Assembly: GCA_946006895.1 (NCBI GenBank)
Contig: CAMFZO010000001.1
Location: forward strand, 1-33,777
Length of the DNA: 33,777 nt
Source: an uncultured Clostridia bacterium
GTDB taxonomy: Bacteria > Bacillota > Clostridia > Oscillospirales > Oscillospiraceae
Reading direction: 5' to 3'
Numbering within the stretch: the first letter of the stretch is position 1; each line of letters starts with the position of its first letter. Under the pieces are notes generated by a model, which searched no databases, was not told the DNA's origin, and saw only the letters and a program-made list of their open reading frames with translations. Below, piece by piece: positions 18,306-25,492 of this stretch. The translations under genes were made by a program, and so were the position numbers.

Positions 18306-19199
18306 TTGTATTTTGACACCTCGCCGATTACCTTTCCCGGTCTCGGCATCGAGATCGACCCCTCGCAGGGCTTTACCATCCCAGGGACGCAGTTTGAGAT
18401 CAAATGGTATGGTGTTATCATCGCCGTCGGCGTGCTGCTGGCGGTGCTCTACGTCATGCGCCGCGCCAAGGATTTCGGCTTGACGGGAGACGATATTCTC
18501 AATATGCTTCTCATCGGACTGCCCTGCGCCATCGTCGGTGCCAGACTGTATTATGTGGTCTTTGAATGGGACCGCTTCTTTGGCGAGGGCATCCCCTGGT
18601 ATCAGTTTTTGAATCTCCGGGAGGGTGGCCTGGCCATCTACGGCGGCGTCATTGGCGCTTCTCTGGCGCTCATCCTCTACTGCGGCCTGAGCAAAAAACG
18701 CCGGGCGCAGATGCTGCCCAGCTTCGATGTCGTCGGCATGGGTCTGCTCATCGGTCAGGCAGTGGGCCGCTGGGGAAATTTCTTCAACCGTGAAGCCCAC
18801 GGCGGCGTCACGGACAGCTTCCTGCGCATGGGCATCATCGAGAATGGGGAGCTGCTCTATGTTCACCCCACCTTCCTCTATGAGTCGCTCTGGAACCTCG
18901 TCGGGTTGGTCCTGATCCACTTCCTGTCGAAGAAGCGCAAATTTGACGGCCAGGTCTTTTTGTACTATATCATCTGGTACGGCCTGGGCCGCGCCTGGAT
19001 TGAGGGCTTGCGGACAGACAGCCTTTACTGGGGCCCCTTCCGCGTCAGCCAGGTCCTGGCGGCGGTGTCCTGCCTGCTGGCGGTGGGCGTTTTGCTCTAC
19101 GTCCTGCTGGTCAAACGGCCCGACCCGGCGAAAATGTTGGTAAACCGTGCGGCTGCTTCCGCTGAGGAGCCCGCGCCTGAAGAAACATCGGAAGATTAA
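18306..19199 (+). CDS. lgt: prolipoprotein diacylglyceryl transferase
   Basis: WYG, GARLYYV, GGLAIYGG, GRWGNFFN.E, HPTFLYES, IEGLRTD; TTG start behind ggaggg. Confidence 0.96.
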   Translation: MYFDTSPITFPGLGIEIDPSQGFTIPGTQFEIKWYGVIIAVGVLLAVLYVMRRAKDFGLTGDDILNMLLIGLPCAIVGARLYYVVFEWDRFFGEGIPWYQFLNLREGGLAIYGGVIGASLALILYCGLSKKRRAQMLPSFDVVGMGLLIGQAVGRWGNFFNREAHGGVTDSFLRMGIIENGELLYVHPTFLYESLWNLVGLVLIHFLSKKRKFDGQVFLYYIIWYGLGRAWIEGLRTDSLYWGPFRVSQVLAAVSCLLAVGVLLYVLLVKRPDPAKMLVNRAAASAEEPAPEETSED

Positions 19200-19211
19200 G
19201 GAGGAATTGCT

Positions 19212-19625
19212 ATGGCATCTATGGACAATATCAAGGACAAGGCAAACGCCGCCGCGCAGACCGCGGCAAAGGCGGCAAAGTATGTGGCTCTGGCCTCCAA
19301 AAAACGTCTGGAGATCGTGAAGGAGCAGGAAAAGATCCGCCGCAATTACGCCAAGCTGGGAAAGGTCTACTATAAGGACTATGTGACCGACGAGGAACCG
19401 GACGAGGCGGAATACAAGCCCATTTGCGAGGAGATCTCCGTCTCCTTCCGCCGCATCAATGAGCTTCGGGAGGAGATCGCCGAGGCCAAGGCCGAATACA
19501 ATGGCGACAACGCTGCGGAGGATGAAGAGGACGAGGCCGACATTTTCGCATTGGAGGAAGCGCCGGTGTCCTCCGAGGGAGAAACCCCTGTGGAGGAAGC
19601 TCCCGCTGAGGAAACAGCGGAATAA
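19212..19625 (+). CDS. hypothetical coiled-coil protein with acidic tail
   Basis: Strong RBS ggaggagg, typical codon usage, followed by a terminator; no family recognised. Confidence 0.75.
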   Translation: MASMDNIKDKANAAAQTAAKAAKYVALASKKRLEIVKEQEKIRRNYAKLGKVYYKDYVTDEEPDEAEYKPICEEISVSFRRINELREEIAEAKAEYNGDNAAEDEEDEADIFALEEAPVSSEGETPVEEAPAEETAE

Positions 19626-19636
19626 TCCATACGATC

Positions 19637-19676
19637 AAAGGGCGCGCTGCAAAAGACTTGCAGCGCGCCTCTTTTT
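19637..19676 (+). terminator. intrinsic terminator of the ymfF-ymfH-lgt operon
   Basis: ggcgcgctgcaa-aagac-ttgcagcgcgcc-tcttttt. Confidence 0.85.
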
Positions 19677-19772
19677 GTGCGCCCGGTGAGCGCACGTTCT
19701 ATAGGGTGAAAGACCTGCCCGCCAGTGGAAAGGGTAAGCCAAAGACAAGGGTATCCGTCGTGCGGCAGAATC
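19677..19772 (+). mobile_element. truncated group IIC intron, 5' end (domain I fragment)
   Basis: Begins GTGCGCCCGG immediately after the terminator U-tract; continues TCTATAGGGTGAAAG...CAAGGGTATCCGTCG...GAATC, colinear with class C intron 5' ends. No RT ORF or domain V follows. Confidence 0.75.
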
Positions 19773-19962
19773 AGGACGTCTCCCGTACTACGGCCAGGCC
19801 CTCGACCAGATTGGCAAAGGCCAGGGTGCCGTGGATGGCGGTCTGCCGCTCGAACAGGTCGGTCAGGATGACCATGTCCCCGTCACATTCGATCTTCATG
19901 ACGTTGGACATGGCGACATTTTCGTCCTTGACCTCGTTGCGATAGACGGTGGAAAGACACAT
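19771..19962 (-). CDS. CooT family nickel-binding protein
   Basis: Starts MCLSTVY (Cys2 hallmark), M.NV..I....V.LTDLF pattern; 63 aa; RBS ggaggtg. Confidence 0.8.
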   Translation of the reverse strand: MCLSTVYRNEVKDENVAMSNVMKIECDGDMVILTDLFERQTAIHGTLAFANLVEGLAVVRETS

Positions 19963-19975
19963 GACGCGCACCTCC

Positions 19976-20407
19976 TTACTTCAGCGACGCCAGAACTGCG
20001 CTCAGACGCAGATTGCCCTTTTCAAACTCGGAAACGGCGGCAAGGATCTGCTCCGAAGCGGCGTGGTTACCCAGGGCGTCCACTTTTTTTGCCAGGTCTG
20101 CCAGCTCACGGGCATGGGCGGCGTTGTGGTTAATCATATACTGCATCAGCGCCAGGGTCTCCTGCATGGGATCGCAACCGGCGCAGGTGTTGCACTCATG
20201 GGTGCAGTCGTGGTCGTGGGTATGCTCCGTCGGATGTCCCTCGGCGTCGTGGCTGTGGGTATGCTGGCCGTCGGCATGGGAATGGGTGTGGGTATGCTCA
20301 TGGGTGTGGGTCACGCCGCCGTGAGTATGCTCATGGCTGTGGGTATGGGTGTGTTCCTCCTCGTGGTGCAGACGGAAAAGGGAAGATCTTGTTTCATTGA
20401 AGGTCAT
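19976..20407 (-). CDS. histidine-rich putative Ni/Co-binding protein
   Basis: (HT/HE/HS)n tract with about 22 His, C-x3-C-x2-C-x2-C cluster, helical C-terminal domain with YMINHNAAHARE. Confidence 0.8.
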   Translation of the reverse strand: MTFNETRSSLFRLHHEEEHTHTHSHEHTHGGVTHTHEHTHTHSHADGQHTHSHDAEGHPTEHTHDHDCTHECNTCAGCDPMQETLALMQYMINHNAAHARELADLAKKVDALGNHAASEQILAAVSEFEKGNLRLSAVLASLK

Positions 20408-20445
20408 ATTGCAAACGCTCCTTTTGATTCGTTCTTTTGGCCTCT

Positions 20446-20474
20446 ATTATACTGCCTTTCTCCGCTGTTGTCAA
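20446..20474 (-). promoter_or_regulatory. consensus sigma-A promoter of the His-rich/CooT operon
   Basis: TTGACA(20474-20469)-17-TATAAT(20451-20446). Confidence 0.85.
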
Positions 20475-20520
20475 TTCGCCGGCCATCGGAAAATAAAACA
20501 TCGACCACAGGAAAATACAG

Positions 20521-20561
20521 CGCGGCGGGACTGCCAAAAAACTGTCGGCAGCCCCGCCGCG
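20521..20561 (-). terminator. terminator of the blaI-blaR-LRR/SLH operon
   Basis: Minus strand cgcggcggggctgcc-N11-ggcagtcccgccgcg, then ctgtatttt. Confidence 0.65.
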
Positions 20562-20574
20562 AAAAGCGTATGGG

Positions 20575-20700
20575 TCAGGTCAGGAAACGCATGAGGATGG
20601 CGGCGACCTCGGCACGGGTGGCGCCGTCGCGGGGGACAAGGTAGAGGGTGTTGCCGTTTTTTCTGCCGCCGATCAGCCCCGTTTCCACGGCCCACTTCAT
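20575..20700 (-). pseudogene. isolated partial SLH repeat (gene remnant or 41-aa mini-ORF)
   Basis: Translates MKWAVETGLIGGRKNGNTLYLVPRDGATRAEVAAILMRFLT*, with the SLH WAV..G.I.G...P...TRAE motif; in-frame TAA five codons upstream. Confidence 0.8.
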
Positions 20701-20745
20701 GGGGCCCTCTTTTTATTGCGCAAAGCATTTGTATCGTTTCCCGGG

Positions 20746-23400
20746 TCATTGCCCGTTGACAAGGGTCAGGAACCGGGTGAGCATGGCGGCGATCTCGGCG
20801 CGGGTGGCGTAGGCCTGGGGGGAGATGGTGGTCTTGCTGGTGCCGTTGATGATGCCGGCGCCCACTGCCCAGGTCACGGCGTCAAGGGCGTAGAAGCTGA
20901 TGGTGCCCCGGTCGGCATAGGCGGTCATATCGCCGTTGGCAAGACATTCCACACCGCAGGCCTGAGCATAGCGGAACAGGAAAGCGGCAAACTGCTCCCG
21001 GGTCACGGGGGCGTTGGGGGAGAAGGTGGTTGCCGAGGTGCCGTTGACGATCTGGTAGTAGCGGCCCCAGTTGACCGCGTCGGTATACCATTGCCCCTCA
21101 GGGACATCGGTAAAGCCGTAGCGCCAGTCAAAGCTGTCGGCGCCGCTCATGTTGGCAAGCACCTTGACCACCATGGCACGGGTCGTGGTTTGGTTTGGCT
21201 CAAAGGTGGTGGGGGAGGTGCCGTTCATCAGGCCGGCCCAGTAGGCGCTGTGGACATAGGGGAAGTACCATGAGGTTTCGGATACGTCGGTAAACGGCAC
21301 GGTGGAAAAGTCCGCAAAGGGCAGTCCGACACTTTCGGCGTAACGCTCGGCATAGCTGCCGTGTGTGCCGAAGATGGTACATTCGGCGTTGCTCGGCGGA
21401 AGAGACTCGAAGCTTTCTACTGTGACGGGCATGTAGATGCCATGGGGGAAATATCCGCTACTAAAAATTCCTGCCTCCACACGGCGGACATTGTTCCCAA
21501 GAATCAGATCGCTGGGATCAACGCTCCAGCCCTTCAAGCCACAGAAAGCCCCGGAAGCGACGGTGGTGACCGGATAGCCATTTACCTCGTCAGGTACCGA
21601 AAAGGTGCTGTTATAGGCTTCGTAGGCCCGCTGCAGAGCGGCTTTGCCGTTTTCTATGCTGTATACCGCATTTTCGGTGATGACAAAGTCGTCCCAGTCT
21701 GGGTCAATGGGGAGAAATCCGCAATACTTCTTTTCGCAGTATTCTTCCGCCAGAGTGCCGGGGTAGCCGAGGATAAGTCTCAGGTGGCCGCCAAGGGTGG
21801 AACTGTTGTATTCCTCCAGAATGACATTGGTTTCCGTAAAGGATGCAGGCAAATAGAGCACAAAGAGTTCTTCGCAAGCGCTGAAGGAATTGTGATAGAT
21901 GGCCCGAATATTCTCAGACATACGGACCAGCTTCAGCTTTGGACAGATCCAGAAGCCATCAGGGCGGATCTCCGTAATCGTGTCGGGCAGGTAGACGGAG
22001 GTGAAGTCGCACGAGGTAAAGGCATCGGACTCAATCCGCCGCACGGGGAAGCCGTCTACCGTTTCCGGCACGACGCAGTGGTCCTCCAACAGGGCGGGAA
22101 CGGTGGATTTCAGAGCGGCATAGCCGGCGTTGGGAAGAATGCGGAAGGTCATGCCGTCGATGGTCTTGGTGTAGGCAGGGGGGTTGGCCTGACCGGTCAG
22201 AAGATTGACAAAGGTTATATTGTATTCGTCACATTCCACCTCAGCGGCATTGCCGGGGTAGCCGTAGACCGTCTTTATATCGCTGCCGTAAAGGAAGCTA
22301 ACGCAGTCGGTCACACTGGCGGGAACGGTCAGCTCCTTGAGGGCCGTCCCGGCAAAAGCACCGGCTCCAATCACCTCCAGACCGTCGTTGAGGGTGACGG
22401 AGGCGAGAGATTGTGTGCTGAATGCCTCATCATCAATGGTACGCAGTGCATCGTTGCAGATCAGCTCTGTGATGCCGCAGGTATGGAAAGCGTCGGGGCC
22501 GATATAGGTGAGCGGCTTTGGCAGCTCCACACGACCGAGGGACAGGTTGACGAAAGCACTCTCGCCGACGTATTCCAAAGAGGCGGGGAGATTGACGCTT
22601 TGCATATGGTACTGCGCACGGCAGCTCTTTCGCAGGATGGAGCGGATGCTGTCGGGCAGCGTCAGGTTTCGGACATCGCCGGTAAAGCATTTCGGTGCGA
22701 TGCAGACCACGGGGCAGCCGCCCAGAGTATCGGGAATGACCACGTCCCCCTCTGCCCAACAGCTCCATAGGGTTGCCTCACCGTCGTGGAGAACATACTG
22801 CAGCTCGCCCTCGGTGACGATCTCATCAGTCAGAGGATCAAAGGGAAGTTCCTCAAAATAATAAACCTGCGCAAATTCAGACGCGTTGGCAGCCAGCTTC
22901 GTGCCCCGATGGCAGAAAACGCGGCAATCGGTAGGAAGAGAACCGTCCACCTCTGTGCCGAGAACATACAGGTCCGTCAGCGTGTCGGTGCCGCCAAAGC
23001 CGGAGACATAGGTCACGGAAGCGGGAACCGTCACCTGCGTCAGCTTCGTCCTGCCAAAGGTAGAGCTGATCACCTCCAGACCGTCGTTCAGGACCACCTC
23101 CGTCAGAAGTGTGTCGGAAAAGGAGGCCTGACAGAGGGTGCGCATGGTGGAGGGGAGAATCAGCTTCCGAATGGGAGCATTTTGGAAAGCATAGTGCATA
23201 ACAGCCGTTACAGGCAGACCGTCCAGCGTCTCAGGGATGCTCAGAATCTCCGGGACCTGACCGTAGTAGCCGGTGATATGGATTTCGCCGTTTTCCTCCT
23301 CATAGACGTAGGAAAAGGGATATTCCTCCGCCTGAACGGCGGGGAAAAGTGTGAAGAGCAGGGTCAGCACCAGAATCAGACTGAAAATACGTTGCTTCAT
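20746..23400 (-). CDS. BspA-type leucine-rich-repeat surface protein with three SLH domains
   Basis: Signal peptide; repeated LP.SL..IG..AF and P....G.PV..I motifs; C-terminal PFTDV...TRA, TRE and TRAE SLH triplet. Confidence 0.9.
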   Translation of the reverse strand: MKQRIFSLILVLTLLFTLFPAVQAEEYPFSYVYEEENGEIHITGYYGQVPEILSIPETLDGLPVTAVMHYAFQNAPIRKLILPSTMRTLCQASFSDTLLTEVVLNDGLEVISSTFGRTKLTQVTVPASVTYVSGFGGTDTLTDLYVLGTEVDGSLPTDCRVFCHRGTKLAANASEFAQVYYFEELPFDPLTDEIVTEGELQYVLHDGEATLWSCWAEGDVVIPDTLGGCPVVCIAPKCFTGDVRNLTLPDSIRSILRKSCRAQYHMQSVNLPASLEYVGESAFVNLSLGRVELPKPLTYIGPDAFHTCGITELICNDALRTIDDEAFSTQSLASVTLNDGLEVIGAGAFAGTALKELTVPASVTDCVSFLYGSDIKTVYGYPGNAAEVECDEYNITFVNLLTGQANPPAYTKTIDGMTFRILPNAGYAALKSTVPALLEDHCVVPETVDGFPVRRIESDAFTSCDFTSVYLPDTITEIRPDGFWICPKLKLVRMSENIRAIYHNSFSACEELFVLYLPASFTETNVILEEYNSSTLGGHLRLILGYPGTLAEEYCEKKYCGFLPIDPDWDDFVITENAVYSIENGKAALQRAYEAYNSTFSVPDEVNGYPVTTVASGAFCGLKGWSVDPSDLILGNNVRRVEAGIFSSGYFPHGIYMPVTVESFESLPPSNAECTIFGTHGSYAERYAESVGLPFADFSTVPFTDVSETSWYFPYVHSAYWAGLMNGTSPTTFEPNQTTTRAMVVKVLANMSGADSFDWRYGFTDVPEGQWYTDAVNWGRYYQIVNGTSATTFSPNAPVTREQFAAFLFRYAQACGVECLANGDMTAYADRGTISFYALDAVTWAVGAGIINGTSKTTISPQAYATRAEIAAMLTRFLTLVNGQ

Positions 23401-24977
23401 GGCAAATATCCTCCTATCAGGCCGGACAGACCGCCGGCCGGACCGTTGCCGGGATTGATCTCCGGCGTGTCAGACAGACCGCCGCTGTAAATGTCTGTAT
23501 AGTCCACGGACTGGACGTTTCCTTCGGCGGCGGTGACGCTCACACTACCCAGATACCAGGTCGAGCTGCCGTCGGTGCACCAAAGGCCAGCAGAGCCGAC
23601 GCTGACACCGTCAACGGCGCAGCCGGCATAAAAGGACATACCGGGCCATGCTCCGGGGTCATCCTCAAAAGGATAATCGGCTGCGGCATAGGCATGGACG
23701 ATTTCGGGATTGTCGGAATAAATGGTCAGGGGACTGGTGGTAAAGAGCACAAGCTGGGAGCTTTCCCCAACGGTCAGACTGGAGGGAAATACATCTACCG
23801 TGAAGGAGGCGGCGCGGCGTTCGCTTTCCTCGCCTTCCGTTTCGGACGTTTCCTCAGGCTCCGTCACCTCGGGAATCTCGGAGGAAAGCTCGGTGGAATC
23901 TGTCGGAATCACGTCTGTGGCGGGGACGGTATGCACCGGCGCAGGAAGCTCCGGCGGCTCCGTGACGGGAACTTCGGAGGAAACAGCAGGAGACGCGGCA
24001 GGTTCCTGCGGCGTTTCTGCGGCGGAGGTCCCCATGGTCAGGAAGCCCAGGGCCAAAAGGGCGCACAAAACCACACCCGAGCCGATGCTGATCAGCGGAT
24101 GGACCCGGGATTTTTTCATGGCCTTGAGACGGTTGGCCGTGCTGCTGAAGGAAAAGCCGGTCTGCAGGATGCTGTTCAGGCGGGATTGCTCTGCGGCCAC
24201 CAGGGTCCGGGCATAATACAACCGGTGTTCCTGACCCAGGCGAGCGACAACTGCCGCGTCACAGCGCATCTCCATATCCTCGGAGGCCAGATATACCATG
24301 AGCCAGACCAGAGGGTTGAACCAGTGGATGCAGGCCGTCAGAAGCAGCAGCAGCTTCATCCACAGGTCAAGGTGGCGGATGTGCGCCTGCTCGTGAAGCA
24401 GGATGTGGGTGACCTGCTCCTGGTCGGGAAGCTCCGTCGGCAGCAGGACCGTGGGACGGAACAGACCATAGGTCAGCGGCGCTTTCAGCCCGTCCAGCAT
24501 CCGCACCCTAAGCCCGTCGGGGACCTGAATGTTCTCCGGCAGCGGCACGGAAAAGCGGAAAGCGCGGAGGCTGCGCAAATGGGAAATAAGAAAGGCACAG
24601 CCAAAAAGCAAAATACCGCCCAGCCAGATCAGGCCGAGAATTTCTCCGGTGGAGAGGGAAGTCTTGGGCGCAGCGGTTTCTGTGCCGGTCGGGACCGGCG
24701 GAACAGGCGCGGCGTCCTCTGCAGCCTCAGCAACTCCGTTAGTTCCGGCGGCCTCTGCAGTGATGGTGACCGCCGTCGGCATCTCACGGGAAAAGACAGG
24801 CAGGTTGAACACGCTCAGCTCCGACGAGACAAAGACGGGGACAAGCAGCCGGAGAATGGCAAGGGTCCACAGGGCAAGCAGTACGCTGCGGTGGAGACGG
24901 TGCTGCAGCAGCAGACGCAGAACGCAGATCACGGCAATGAGCAGACCTCCGGCCAGACTCATTTGCAGCAGCGTCAT
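23397..24977 (-). CDS. BlaR1/MecR1-like M56 metallopeptidase sensor with a non-PBP C-terminal domain
   Basis: LW.L..LRLL.P, PLTYGLFRPTVLLP, HEQAHIRHLD (HExxH), HWFNPLVW, EMRCD; then TM, P/T/E linker and a small beta-rich domain. Confidence 0.9.
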   Translation of the reverse strand: MTLLQMSLAGGLLIAVICVLRLLLQHRLHRSVLLALWTLAILRLLVPVFVSSELSVFNLPVFSREMPTAVTITAEAAGTNGVAEAAEDAAPVPPVPTGTETAAPKTSLSTGEILGLIWLGGILLFGCAFLISHLRSLRAFRFSVPLPENIQVPDGLRVRMLDGLKAPLTYGLFRPTVLLPTELPDQEQVTHILLHEQAHIRHLDLWMKLLLLLTACIHWFNPLVWLMVYLASEDMEMRCDAAVVARLGQEHRLYYARTLVAAEQSRLNSILQTGFSFSSTANRLKAMKKSRVHPLISIGSGVVLCALLALGFLTMGTSAAETPQEPAASPAVSSEVPVTEPPELPAPVHTVPATDVIPTDSTELSSEIPEVTEPEETSETEGEESERRAASFTVDVFPSSLTVGESSQLVLFTTSPLTIYSDNPEIVHAYAAADYPFEDDPGAWPGMSFYAGCAVDGVSVGSAGLWCTDGSSTWYLGSVSVTAAEGNVQSVDYTDIYSGGLSDTPEINPGNGPAGGLSGLIGGYLP

Positions 24978-25336
24978 TTTTCGCCCTCCAGCTCGCGCAG
25001 GGACTGATAGAGCTTCTCCATCTGCGCAAGGGTCAGCTTTTTGCGGCCGATGAGGGAGGCGACCAGAAGATCAGCCGAGCCGTCAAAATCGGAGCTGAGC
25101 AGGGCGTCCGTCTCCCAGCAGGAGACCTCCTCCTTGCTCACCATGGCGGTACAGCGGAAATTTGGGTCCTCACGCTTGATGTAGCCCTTTTCTGCGCAGC
25201 GGGTCAGCATGGTGTAGGTGGTGGTTTTCTTCCAGCCGAGGCGCTCACCCAGCACAATGGCGACCTCCTTGGCGGTTATTGTGCCGCGTTCCCAGAGGAC
25301 CTCCATGACGCGGCGTTCGGATTCGGCAAGACGCAT
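24974..25336 (-). CDS. BlaI/MecI/CopY family transcriptional repressor
   Basis: LAESERRVMEVLW, W.KTTTYTMLTRC.EKG, FDGS...LV; ATG 25336 lies 8 nt behind aaggag. Confidence 0.93.
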   Translation of the reverse strand: MRLAESERRVMEVLWERGTITAKEVAIVLGERLGWKKTTTYTMLTRCAEKGYIKREDPNFRCTAMVSKEEVSCWETDALLSSDFDGSADLLVASLIGRKKLTLAQMEKLYQSLRELEGEK

Positions 25337-25370
25337 ATACAATTCTCCTTATGAAATAATCTATACAAAT

Positions 25371-25399
25371 ATTCTACGACAGTAGAAGAGCGAAGTCAA
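25371..25399 (-). promoter_or_regulatory. blaI promoter with overlapping BlaI-type operator
   Basis: TTGACT(25399-25394)-17-TAGAAT(25376-25371); palindrome TTCTAC-gaca-GTAGAA at 25372-25387. Confidence 0.8.
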
Positions 25400-25432
25400 T
25401 AGGTAATTGACATTTTTTGAGAAATTTTTCAG

Positions 25433-25461
25433 TTGTAAGGTCTGAGAAAAAGATGTATAAT
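25433..25461 (+). promoter_or_regulatory. putative sigma-A promoter of the CotH-VTC-DUF4956 operon
   Basis: TTGTAA(25433-25438)-17-TATAAT(25456-25461). Confidence 0.6.
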
Positions 25462-25492
25462 GGAGAAAAATGACGCAAAGGGAGGGAGCGCC

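Noticed and set aside
16881-18920. 679-aa minus-strand ORF
   Set aside because: Antisense shadow of ymfH/lgt caused by GC-rich codon bias.
20471-20749. 92-aa minus-strand ORF after the LRR-SLH gene
   Set aside because: Arg/Pro-rich and unconvincing, and runs through a terminator; the meaningful SLH signal is in another frame (20575-20700).
23397-25336. Antibiotic-resistance (bla/mec) locus
   Set aside because: No penicillin-binding sensor domain and no blaZ/mecA; the regulated gene is a surface LRR protein.
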